The notes under the pieces are model-generated. The model saw nothing but the letters and a program-made list of their open reading frames with translations, was not told where the DNA came from and ran no database searches. This document shows positions 11,158 to 23,268 of a stretch of DNA of 64,000 nt, piece by piece (positions within the stretch are counted from its first letter, which is position 1; the number at the start of each line of letters is the position of its first letter). The stretch lies in the NCBI RefSeq assembly GCF_963921235.1, contig NC_086109.1:6822001-6886000 (forward strand). Direction: 5' to 3'. This stretch comes from Mobula hypostoma (lineage: Eukaryota). The position numbers and the translations under genes are program-made.

Positions 11158-12821
11158 CAACCTTCTGTCCAAACTTCTCTCAAACATTGAAATCGAGCTC
11201 GCATGCACCACTTACGCTGGCAGCTTGTCCCACTGTTTCACCCTCTGAGTGAAGAAGTTTCCCTTAAACTTTTCACCTTTCATCCTTAACCCATGACCTC
11301 TGGTTGCCGTCCCACCAAAAGCCCGCTTGCACTTACCCTATCTATACCCCTCATAATTTTGTATATCTTTAACAAATTTCCTCTCAATCTTCTACATTCT
11401 AAGGAATAAAGTCCTAACCTATTCAATCATTCCTTATAACTCAGGTCCTCCAGTCCAGGCAACATCCATGTAAATTTTCTCTGTACTCTTTTAACCTTAC
11501 TTTCATCTTTCCCATAGGTAGGTGATCAAATGTATGACCTCTGGTTCTAGTCTCACCCAACCTCAGTGGAAGAAGCCTGTTTGCATTTACCCTATCTATA
11601 CCCTTCATAATTTGCATACCTCTGTCAAATCGTCCCCCATTCTCCTACACTCTGGGGAATACCATCCATATCTATACAGTCCTTCCCTATGACTCAAGTA
11701 AAGTCGTGCAGTGTAATCTTACACTCCTTCTTAAATCAGGATTCTTGAAGGAATCAATGAATCAATAAATGAATTGCCTGCAGGAAATGATAGAAATTAA
11801 CAAGGTATCTTGAACAATATGTGTGAGGGGGTGAGAAAGAGCTTTGTTTGCTGGCATTGTTCTGCTGAACGTGCTATGTTGGCATTGGAATGCATGGTGA
11901 CACTTGCGGGCTGCCCCCAGCACATCCGTCACTTGTGCTGGCTGTTAATGCAAATGATGTATTTCCCTGTACGCTGCCTTTGACTCGCAGTCAGGGTTTG
12001 AGGTTCTGCGGGAGGACAATACCAGTCGCTGCTAAACAGTCTGTCCAAGTGAGGTGGGAATTTGCGGGCAAATCCTCTGCCTTTGTTCATTACATCCAGA
12101 TCTGCCGGTGTGACCTCTTCTATGTTGGTGACACCAAGTACCGACTGGATGATTTCTTTGTCGAACACCTCCACTCTGCCCTTCGTGACCATCTGGAGCT
12201 CCTATTTACCAGCATTTGACTCCCATCTCCTTTCCCACACCAACCAGTCTGTCCCCTGTCTCCTCCACTGCCAAGGTCGTGGGTAAATACATACTAAATC
12301 AGGGGCTCCAGCCTGGGGTACATAGACCTCTCGGTTAATGGTAGGGGTCCATGGCATAAAAAAGGCTGAAAATCAGCCGGGTCTTAGAGTCCTCCGGGTA
12401 GATTATAACCCAATGGAGTGAACATTTAATTCTTCAACCTTCAGTAACCTGCTCCCCCTCTGCCCCTTTTCGCTATCCTCAAAGTTCAAAGTATGTTTAT
12501 ATTCAAAGTATGTATTCTTTAAACAATCTTGAGATTCGCCTTCTTACAGGCAGCCACAAAACAAAGACACCCAATAGTACCATTTCAACAAAAGAAGACC
12601 ATCAAATACCCAGTGTGTGGAAAGAAAACCAAATAGTGCCAACAATAAAAGTCAGCAAATAACATTCAGACCTGAAGTTCACGAAGTTCTGTGAGTCTAC
12701 TGAAGCCCATTGCAGGCCACAGTCTCAGATCAGTTCAGAGGCACAGTTCCTTATCTGTCCATTTCCTTCTACACCCACTTGAGCCCCCGTCATCCTGTTC
12801 CTTTACTGTCCCCCACATACT

Positions 12822-13780
12822 CAATCTGTCCATCACCTACACACCCCTCCTACTGGGTCCCCTCCCCTGCACTGTTCCCATCTGTCCGTCACCCACACAC
12901 TCCTCCCACTGGGTCCCCTCCCCTGCACTGTTCCCATCTGTCCATCACCCACACACTCCTCCCACTGGGTCCCCTCCCCCCACTGTTCCCATCTGTCCGT
13001 CACCCACACACTCCTCCCACCGGGTCCCCTCCCCCCACTGTTCCCATCTGTCCGTCACCCACACACTCCTCCCACTGGGTCCCCCCCCCCACTGTTCCCA
13101 TCTGTTCGTCACCCACACACTCCTCCCACTGGGTTCCCTCCCTCCACTGTTCTCATCTGTCCATCACCCACATACCCCTCCTATTGGGTCCCCCTCTGTT
13201 CCCATCTGTCCGTCACCCACAGACTCCTCCCACTGGGTCCCCTCCCCTGCACTGTTCCCATCTGTCCATCACCCACAGACTCCTCCCACTGGGTCCCCTC
13301 CCCTGCACTGTTCCCATCTGTCCATCACCCACACACTCCTCCCACTGGGTCCCCTCCCCCCACTGTTCCCATCTGTCCGTCACCCACACACTCCTCCCAC
13401 CGGGTCCCCTCCCCCCACTGTTCACATCTGTCCGTCACCCACACACTCCTCCCACCAGGTCCCCTCCCCCCACTGTTCCCATCTGTCCGTCACCCACACA
13501 CTCCTCCCACCGGGTCCCCTCCCCCCACTGTTCACATCTGTCCGTCACCCACACACTCCTCCCACCGGGTCCCCTCCCCCCACTGTTCCCATCTGTCCGT
13601 CACCCACACACTCCTCCCACTGGGTCCCCCCCCCCACTGTTCCCATCTGTCTGTCACCCACACACTCCTCCCACTGGGTCCCCTCCCCCCACTGTTCCCA
13701 TCTGTCCGTCACCCACACACTCCTCCCACTGGTTCCCCCCCCCACTGTTGCCATCTGTCCGTCACCCACACACTCCTCAT
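12822..13780. repeat. Minisatellite, ~55-56 bp unit, ~17 copies
   Basis: Unit actgttcccatctgtccgtcacccacacactcctcccactgggtcccctcccc(c/tg)c repeated head-to-tail. Confidence 0.95.
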
Positions 13781-13998
13781 TCGCACTTCTTGCCCTGAGT
13801 CTCTACCTGCTGTAATTTGATTATTAACCTCTCATAGTGTACCTTGTCAAAAGCCTTCTGAAAGTCCAAGTAAATGATATCAACTGCTCTATTGGCCTAT
13901 GTATGTATTTTTGATTTTTTATGTATTTAGAAAGTGAGGTCCTGCTTCTGCTGAAAAGGGTGGAAGTTAGTAAATCTCTTGGGCCGGACAACATACAA

Positions 13999-14624
13999 GG
14001 AGAAGATGGCGGCGTGACGCAGTGCGTGCGGCTGTTCCGAATGAATATCGGTATGTGTAACTAGGGGTATCGTGCACAATCCGGATTTGATGGGGACAGC
14101 TGTGAAAGCACGGAGGAACACCTGGAGCAACTTCTGAAACGCCCGCTTTGCTGCCGCTGCTACTGTGCGATCGAGAATCTCCGGAGTTGTAGGCCCCAAA
14201 TCCTCGGCTTTGCATATCGCTGGTTGCCAGGGACGGGGTCAAAACACTCGGCAGAGGTGGTGCTCGGTGTCGGGAGGTGGTCGGAGGCTCGGAGTTTTTT
14301 GGACGGACTCGGAATCGGACTGTGGTCGGTTGCTTCCGGGATGCTGCATCGGCAAGTTGGCGGCGCTGGGGGTTTGCTCTCTGCGTGAGATGATGGGACT
14401 TTGAGAGACTCTGAGACTTTTACTGTGCCATGGTCTGTTCTTATCAAATTACGGTATTGCTTTGCACTGTTGTAACTATATGTTATAATTATGTGGTTTT
14501 TTGTTAGTTTTTAAGTCGGTTTGTCATGTGTTTTCGTGATATCATTCTGGAAAAACATTTTTATCATTTCTTAATACATGCATTACTAAATGACAATAAA
14601 AGGGGACTGCGTGTCCTCATAATC
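13999..14624 (+). mobile_element. ~630 bp non-autonomous non-LTR element (GGAGAAGATGGCGG 5' end, ...CCTCATAATC 3' end)
   Basis: Related copies occur on the minus strand at 39091-39750 and, partially, at ~49713-50030, both with (CTAAT)n tails. No protein-like ORF. Confidence 0.75.
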
Positions 14625-14631
14625 ATGATAA

Positions 14632-15052
14632 TATTGTTATCATAAATTTTAGTTGCCTCTTTATAGAACACCAGAAGATTAATAAAACACAATTTTCCTT
14701 TTCTGAACCCAAGCCAGCTTTCTGCTGACATGCCTGTTCTTATCATCTGCTTTTCCATTTCATTTCTTTATTAATATTTCCATTATTTTACCTATGATAC
14801 ACACTAAGCTTACTGGTCTATAGTTAACAGAGTCAATGCGGACACCATCCTTATATACTGGGACAACGTTAGCCCATTTCCAGTCCTTAGGGATTCACCA
14901 GTCTTCACTAACTTTAGAAAGATACATGTCAGGGGTTTATATATATAATCACAGACCTCTTTAAGTACCCTTGGATGTATGTTGTCTGGCCCAAGAGATT
15001 TATTAACTTCCACCCTTTTCAGCTGAAGCAGGACCTCACTTTCTAAATACAT
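14632..15052 (-). mobile_element. CR1 RT fragment (continues at ~13815-13892)
   Basis: KSLGPDNIHPRVLKEV, GFRKGKLCFINLL and EATKIYDNN, continuing as RAVDIIYLDFQKAFDKV on the other side of the insertion. Confidence 0.75.
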
Positions 15053-15094
15053 AAAAAATCAAAAATACATACGTAGGCCAGCAGATTCAAGAAG

Positions 15095-15380
15095 ATAAAT
15101 GCCAAGAAACACTCCAACACATGACAGGATCCTGCAGCAGTTTAACTCAATCTGATTACTTATATAGGCACAATCAAGTGGCAAACGTCATTCACCAAAA
15201 TCCTGCTTTAAAATACAAACTCATAAAAGACACCATAAATACAAGCCTGATCCAGATTTAGAGTCAGAGTCCTACAATTATATTACAACTGATCCATTGT
15301 TATGGATAGGACAATCCATGATAATTGTCTGGATATAATAATACAGGATAAACAAGCAAGAACAACCTATATTGATGTGC
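15095..15380 (+). mobile_element. R4/Dong-like LINE C-terminal fragment (zinc-finger remnant and restriction-like endonuclease)
   Basis: Frameshifted CQETLQH...SCSSLTQSDYLYRHNQVANVIHQ and DRTIHDNCLDIIIQDKQARTTYIDV, which resemble the RHN and PD-(D/E) motifs of RLE LINEs. Confidence 0.6.
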
Positions 15381-17524
15381 TATATTGGCACTGGAAGCGT
15401 ACTGACACTTACAGACTGCCCAGCACAATCCTTGGACATTGTAGGTTGCTGACACAAATGGCACATTTCACTGTATGTTTTGATGTTTTGGTGTACATGT
15501 GACAAATGAATCTAATCTAGTCTATCATGAGGTTGGGCAAACTATTGGAGAAAACATTCATAAGGATGGTAAATATTATTTATGAATTGATCAACAATGG
15601 ATTTATTGGAGGAAGCTATGGTCTGATAACATAACTCCTATAACTCTTAGAACAAGACATAACTCTTTGAAAAGGATACGATAAAGAATGTTCTCAGCCT
15701 TTGAAAATGGGCACAATTTACTTTAAATCATCTCTCATGGTGACGTGGCTGCTTTTATTGTTCTTCTCTACACAGAGAAGGAATTATCTGCGGCAACACA
15801 CACGAAGTGCTGGAAGAGCTCAGTAGCCAGGCAGCATCTATGGTGGAGAACACACAGTTGAAGTCTGGGGGCCAAGAGCCTTCAGAAGGACTTCCCCGGA
15901 TGTTGCCTGTCCTGCTGAGCTCCTCCAGCACTTTTGCTTGCGTTGAGTGCAATGCTCTGGATTTCCAGCATCTGCAGAATCTCTTGTGTTTAGAAATTGT
16001 CGACATTTGGGTCAAAACTTTGGATCAAAAACCAAAACATCGGCAATTTGAGAAGTGATCCTGGCCCCAGTGCAATTTAGACTAATCCAGGGACCGGAGG
16101 GTCATATCTGGATCATCAGTTCAAGTCTTTTGAGGACTACTCTTCCCCTACATTACAAGTCTCACACTTATGGACTCAGAGCGAAAAATATTGGCCAAAT
16201 GAAAGTCTACGCAAGGTCAGTAAACCTTGAGTAACATTCAATCTGTAAATCTTCCAGGAGGCCGATAAACACCTGAGAATTCAGGTATCTGTGTGATGTG
16301 CCAACAAGATAAGAACCACTTTATGTTAGAATTTAATTCATTCAAGCAGCATTTAACCTTCTGTTATTTTAATGAGCTAGTTAATCTGTATTTATATAGG
16401 TCACATTGTCCTTCAGGAGCACTAAAATAGCAATCTAGAATACCACAGTTTCTGGATAAAAGCAGACAAGGCCTGAATTTGGTCTTCAGATTACCAGGAG
16501 AAAGTGCGTTCAGTTTTTGACCCATGAAGTTATAACACTGTCAGTCCTGATGAAGGGTCTCGGCCCGAAACGTTGACTGTACTCTTTTCCATAGATGCTG
16601 CCTGGCCTGCCGAGTTCCTTCAGCATTTTGTGTGTGTTGCTCGGATTTCCAGCATCTGCAGATTTTCTCTTGTTTGTGATTGGAAAACTAGCAAGGTTTG
16701 CTATTTATCCTGGCCAATCTTCAATGTCCTTTTTCTGCATGAACCCCACACCCATTCCTTCCTTTAACATGTCAAAATCAATCCATCTCTGTTCAAGGAA
16801 ACTCAGTGGTCAAATCTCCACAGAGTCCAGGGGTCTGAATGCCAACGACTTGCCAATAATGCAAGATATTGCTCCCTATCAAGTGGCCGACTGCTCATTC
16901 TGGGATGGTGAATCTTGGTTCTGGACCTCTCAGTTGGGCAAATACTCTCTCTGCATCTACCTAGTAGCTTTGCATGTTTCAACAGGATCATTCTTTGAAA
17001 CTTTAGAGAACATAGTTACAATTGGAACTATTGTATTAATACATTTATAGATACTGTACAATATTATTCAGTATTAATACTGAAAACCTACCATTACTGG
17101 AAACAGAATCTCTCTGATCTTAGGTAAGGAGATCAGAACTATGCACAATACTCTAGGTGGGATCACGTCAACACCCTAAATGATTGCTAATTTCTTTAAT
17201 TTTTATTTATTTCTGTCTCCAGTCATTGGCACAACCAGTTAGGATAATCTCCACTGTGCATAAATGTTTGTCGCACCTTTGACAATGGTTGTCATGGGCA
17301 AGATGGGCTGAAGGGCATGTGCTGTATGATTCTACAATCCATACTATGAACTTAGGCCCAATATCCATGATACCAAAGACTGCATCCTTGGTGTAAACGT
17401 GCTTGTTACAAAAATTATGATGAGCTTGTTCTCTAGAACTTGAACCCCAGTCTCCAGGTACTCATTCAGGGTCTGAGGATCAATGGACCAACTGGGGTGC
17501 ACATGTGGGAAGCAGCAGGTAATA

Positions 17525-18120
17525 TCAATTCATTTCAATTTCACTGCCCATTCCTATTCCAGCATGCCAGTCCATGGCCTTCTGTACTGCCACAATGAGC
17601 CAACTCTTTGGCTGGAGGAACAACACCTCAGATTCCATCTGGGTAGACACCAACCTGGTGGAATGAACATTGATTTTTCTTACTTCTGGTAATTTCTTCC
17701 CCCTCCCCCCTCCCCTTCTCTCTTTTCCCATTTTCCATTCTGGTCCTCTCTCATCCCTTCTCTTCTCCTCACCTGCCCATCACATCTCTCTGGTGTCATT
17801 CCTTCTTCCCTTTTTTCCCACGGTCAACTTTCCTCTCCTATCAAATTTCTTCTTATTCACCCTTTATCTCTTTCACCTGCCCTCTTCCAGCTTCTTCATC
17901 CTCACCCACCACCCACCTTCCCCCTCACCTCACCTGGTCTGACCTATCACCTGCCAGCTTGTACTCTTTTCCCTCCCCCACTTTCTAGTTTTGGTGTCTC
18001 ACCCCCCCCCCCACTTCACTTCCAGTCTTGCTGAAGGTCTCAGCTTGAAATGTTGACTGTTTATGCCTCTCTGTAGATGCTGCCTAACCTGCTGATTTCC
18101 TCCAGCATTTTGTGTGTGAA
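17525..18120 (+). mobile_element. Penelope-like element 3' fragment
   Basis: HFNFTAHS...LEEQHLRFHLG..QPGGMNIDF is the GIY-YIG C-terminal part. It is followed by the pyrimidine-rich tract and the gatgctgcc..acctgctga tail seen repeatedly in this window. Confidence 0.65.
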
Positions 18121-18210
18121 TCTCATCATTCCTTCCCTCTTCCCTTTTCACCCTTTCCAAAGGAAGTTTATTCAGTGGTTATAGTATACAGGAATGCAAT
18201 ATTACAGTGT

Positions 18211-18505
18211 GTTGGTGCGTGGCCAAGTGGTTAAGGTGTTTGTCTAGTGATCTGAAGGTCGCTAGTTCGATCCCTGGCTGGGGCAGCGTGTTGTGTCCTT
18301 GAGCAAGGCACTTAACCACACATTGCTCTGCGACGACACCGGTGCCAAGTTGTATGGGTCCTAATGCCCTTCCCTTGGAGAGTGACGTGGAGAGGGGAGA
18401 CTTGCAGCATGGGCAACTGCTGGTCTTCCATATAACCTTGCCCAGGCCTGCGCCCTGGAAATGCTCCAAGGCGCAAATCCATGGTCTCATGAGACTAACG
18501 ATGCT
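18211..18505 (+). mobile_element. tRNA-derived SINE
   Basis: A box TGGCCAAGTGG and B box GTTCGATCC, followed by a non-tRNA body. Confidence 0.7.
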
Positions 18506-18569
18506 TATAAAATATTACAGTACTTCATAATCGCACTATTTACAATTTCAACTTATATAACATGGCCAT

Positions 18570-19545
18570 CATTATCCAGAATGCATAACAGCCCACTGGA
18601 TTGTGTGGCTAAGCACAGTTCCAATGTCATGTTCAAGTTTGCTGACAACACCACTGTCATATGCCAAATCAAAGGTGGTGATGAATCAGCACATAGGAGG
18701 GAGATTGAAAATCTGGCTGAGTGGTGCCACAACAACAGCTTCTCACTCAATGTCAGCAAGACCGAGGAGCTGATTATTGACTTCACTAGGAGGAAACCGT
18801 TGGTCCATGAGACAGTCCTCACTGGGGGATCAGAGGTGGAGAGGGTCAGCAACTTTAAATTCCTCAGTGTTATTATTTCGAAGGTCCTGTTCTAGGACCA
18901 ACACGTCAAGTGTCATTACAAAGAAAGCACTACTTCCTTAGGAGTTTGTGAAGATTTGGCATGACATCTAAAACTCTGACAAACTTCTATAGACGTGCAG
19001 TGGAGAGTATATTGACTGGCTGCATCACAGCCTGGCATGGAAAGCCCTCTCCATCACTGAGCATATTGCATGAAACGTTGTCGCAGGAAGACAGCATCCA
19101 TCACCACCACCCAGGACATGCTCTCTTCTCACTGCTGTCACCAGGAAGAAGATACAGGAGCCTTGAGGCTCACGCCACCAGGTTCAGGAGCAGTCATTAC
19201 CCCTCGATCATCAGACTCCTGAACCAGAGGGCATAACTTCACTCAACTTCATTTCATTATTAAAATATTCCCACAACCCATGGACTCACTTTCAAGGACT
19301 CTTCATCTCATATTCTCGATATTTATTTATTATTATTATTTCTTTCTTTTGGTATTTACATAGTTTGTTGTCTTTTGTACACTGGTTGAAGGCCCAAGTT
19401 GGTGCGGTCTTTCATTGATTCCATTATGGTTATTATCCTATTTTGGGTTATTGAGTATGCCTGCAAGAAAATGAACCTGAGGGTTGTATATGGTGACGTA
19501 TATGTACTTTGATAATAAATTTACTTTGGACTTTGAAGTTTGAAA
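18570..19545 (+). mobile_element. Rex1/Babar-like LINE 3' fragment
   Basis: KFADNTTV, SLNVSKTEELIIDF, FKFL and [11 protein letters not shown]; ends in aataaatttactttggactttgaa. Confidence 0.75.
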
Positions 19546-21407
19546 TCTCCTATTGTAGCCCTAAACAACCTGCACTCCTTCTGTAGCGATAAGGCACATA
19601 GGCACAGATGTAATCCCAGGAAAGGGACAGGCAGTCGGCTTGGGAAGAACCTCCATCTGCCCGATGCCTAGACCCGTGAATAGTTGTCTTTTCCTTTACT
19701 CTCCAGAATAATTCATTGTTACGTTTGTCCCCGCGGCAACATGAACAAAAGGTTTGAATGTGGAAAGTGCAATTCGTGCCCCACGGAGTTGGGCGGTCAG
19801 CGACGTGCAGCCAAGGCAGTAACGTCAGAAGCACACAGACCAGTTTTATGCACAGCAAGATGCCGCAGTCAACAATGTCATTACAGAGACACTGGAGGTG
19901 GCAGATGCTGGAATATGGAGCAACAGACAATGTGCTGCTGGAACTCAGCCTCTCCATAAGACACAGGAGCAGAATCAGAGCATAACCTTTGACACCCTGA
20001 CAAATCAAGAACCTATCAGCTTCCGCTTTAAATACACCCAGTGACCTGGCCTCCACAGCTGTCTGTGGCAAAGAATTCCTCAGATTTGCCACCTTCTAGC
20101 TAAAGAAATTCCTCCTCATCTCTGTTTTAAAGGGACACCCTTCTATCCTGAGGCTGTGCCCTCTGGACCTGGACTCCCCCACCATTGGTTGAGCAGCGTC
20201 TGTGGAGGGAAGGAAATTGTCAACATTTTGGCTTGAGACCCTGCGTCAGGACCCATTCCTTTCCTCCAACAAATTCTGCTTGACCTAGTGTAATACAGCA
20301 TAGAGACAGGCCCTTCAGACCATCTGGGCCATGCTGACCACACCATCCTCCCCGCTGGTCGGAGTTGCACGAGTTTGGTCAATAAGTCTCCAAGCTTCCC
20401 CCTTCACCTCCACCTGTTTGTCCGAATGCCTCTTAAATGTTGCAGTTGTACCTACCTTGATACTTCCTCCAGCAGCTCATCCCAAGTACTGACTACCCTC
20501 TGTGTGGAAAAAGAAATTAAAGAGATAACGAGAGAGAAAGGTTTATTTGTCACGTGCACATTGAAACATTGAAGCATACAGTGAAATATGCCGCTCGCCT
20601 TAACGACCAACGCAGTCTGAGAACGTGCTGGGGGCAGCCTGCAAGTGTTGCCACGCTTCCCACACCGATGTAGCCTGCCCACAACTCACTAACCCTAACC
20701 CATGCGTCTTTGGAACATGAGAGGAAACGGGAGCACCTGGAGAATGTACAAACTCCTTACAGACAGCTACGGGAGTTGAATCTTGGGCGTTAGCACCGTG
20801 AAGCGTTATGCTACTGTACTGTCCCGCTCAGTTACCTCATTGGAAAATTCCACTAAGTAGGACAGAGTCACCCTTAACAAAGTCACACTGACTAACTCAG
20901 ACAAATCCCTACCTTTCCATGTCTACATAATTTTGGACCTCGATTTTAATTTCCAATAACTTTGCCCAGAAGTATTTGCAGTAATTTATCACCCTGATCA
21001 CGATGTGCGTGTTCTTTCAACTTTAAATCACATTCCATTTCAATGATTTTTTTTCCATTTTATGGAAATATATTTGGCTCCTTATCAGATTTGTACGCGG
21101 TCTCAAGGAGTAGATCCAGATGGTCTTTGAAATTTGTTTTATGACAATTATACTGAGCAGCAGGAGGTCCAAGCCAAATACAGTATAGCCATGTTCCAGA
21201 TCAGCAGATCTTACTTCATACTTAGTTTCCCTCCAGAAACAGACTCATACTCACCACTGCCTGGCACCAGATAACATGTGGGACTTTTAGGGTCACAGAG
21301 TCTCAGAGAGATATGGTGGAGAAACAGGCCTTTCGGCCCATTGAGTCTGTGCACTCATTCTCTACTCATCTGAATTCTTATTTTCTCCGCATTCCCACAA
21401 ACTCCCC

Positions 21408-22796
21408 TGTCATGACGAAGCATTCACAGGGTTGATAAGTGAGACAGAAGACACTGATTATGGATAAGCACATGAAACATTTATTTGCAGACAAACAGCA
21501 AAATAACCGAATCAAAGGTCGAAGTCTCCCCAAGTTATAAAAACTACTATGCTAAACATTCAGTAACACTTCAAACTCAAGAGGTAATTCATTAAGTCTC
21601 CCCATGTTACACAGCTACAAAACTAAACAATCAACAGATACTTAGCTAAGTGTGCGGGTGGGTCCTCCTGTATCTGTAGCATACTTCCTCAATGGTTCTT
21701 CAGCGCTAGTCACGACCTCAGTGTGAAGATGAGCCCCTGGAGACAAAGGACAGACAGCCAGTCTCTAGCATGTGCTATTCTTATACCACTGAGGTGCCCG
21801 GAACTGGACATTGGTGCCATGTGTTACGAGAATACACATAAAATTAAGATGTTTGCTGGCCTGGGCTAGCATCAGTGGCATCAGCAGTTGGTCTGCCACC
21901 TGCCCTCAGGGGAAGGAGAGATAAGGAACAATGGAGCAGCGTCTGGGGATGTGTAATGAAGGGATGTGGGAGGAAGAGCTGTCTGGAGCGGCTCCCCCCT
22001 TTGAACTGTTTGAAGTGATGGACAGGCGATACCCCAGCAGGGGGATAAAAAAGGACAGGTTCGCTAAGACAGACACACGCCACCCGAGGTAACGAGACCC
22101 TGGAAGCGGTGCGCCTCTCACGAGTGGTGAGAAGTACCGGACAACGCACAGGGTGGAAAGGTACGATCAGCGGGAACCCGGTGTGTGTCCGCCCTTGCCT
22201 GGGTGCCGGGTTCACTGCAGAGGATCGACCGCATCTGGAGGCGGGGTCACAGTCGGTGACCTCAGGTGACATCACCAAGGACCCGCCCAAAAGCTGTTTG
22301 TGAACCATCTCGCTGGTCTGTGAGCCATCTCGCTGGTTTGTGAGTGAAGCCGTTCTGAATGATGAGTTGTTCCTATTCTATCTCTCTCTTCCCCCACGTT
22401 GTCCACCGCCATGGCAACGATTACTGCGAACTGAACTACAAACTGGACTGAACTTTGAGTCATTTTGAAATTGGTCATTTACCCCTAGACAACGATAGAG
22501 CTTGATTGATGCTGTTATCTTAATTCTGTGCACATGTGTGGTTATCATTGTTGAATTGTTGCATTTATTATCCTTTCGATTACTGTGTTGCTTGTTTCTT
22601 TAATAAAACTTTCTTAGTTCTAGTACTCCAGACTCCAACTGAGTGATCCATTTCTGCTGGTTTGGCAACCCAGTTACGGGGTACGTAACACATGGCACAC
22701 AAGCAACCCGAGGGAAAGGGGTGCTGCATCCTCTGAATGGGTCAATCGATGACGGACACAGTGGAAGCAGCAAGTAAACTAACCTGTTACATTACC
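21408..22796 (-). mobile_element. Older solo-LTR-like element interrupted by a younger solo LTR
   Basis: Begins TGTCATGA and ends ATTACC (a CA end with one change). It is flanked by a 5-bp TCCCC direct repeat, has AATAAA on the minus strand near 21480, and splits a SINE-like sequence. Confidence 0.45.
21822..22690 (+). mobile_element. Solo LTR of the Gmr1-like family
   Basis: TGTTACG...CGTAACA termini, 4-bp TSD CATG, and close similarity to the LTRs at 29700, 33747 and 37797. Confidence 0.93.
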
Positions 22797-23268
22797 TCCC
22801 CCCAGATTCCACCTCCTCCCCCACACACTGTGGTCAGTTTAGAGCTCCTATTTAGCCCACTGAGCCACGTGTCTTTAGAATGTGGCAGTAAACCAGGTTA
22901 CCCAAGGGAAACCCACCATGGTTACAGGGAAGAACATGCAAACTCCACAGAGACAGCAGCAGAGGTCAGGGTTGAACTTGGCTCCCTGACGCTTGGAGGT
23001 AGTTACGCGCTGCAGGATGCTGCCCAGCGTCTGCGGATCTGTCAGAGACTGGAGGCTGAAGACATCTTGTCCTGGGGTTAGAGGACTTTGTATGTGTGTG
23101 CGTGTGTGCGCATATGTGCGCATGTGTGTGTGTGTCTGTGTGTGTCTGCGTGGATGGGGAGCCCTGCCACAGTAGAGTAGCGCCCATCTTCAAGGGCCCT
23201 CGCCAACCAGGCCATGCTCTCATCTCACTACTGCGATCAGGCAGGTAGTACAGAAGCCTTAGGTACGG

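Noticed and set aside
12691..13815. 374-aa and 362-aa Pro/His/Ser-rich ORFs
   Set aside because: Translations of a C-rich minisatellite, open in several frames, with no gene signals.
18211..18290. tRNA gene (also 50401-50475 and 11085-11157)
   Set aside because: The A/B boxes run on into repeated SINE bodies with no proper terminator, so these are SINE heads.
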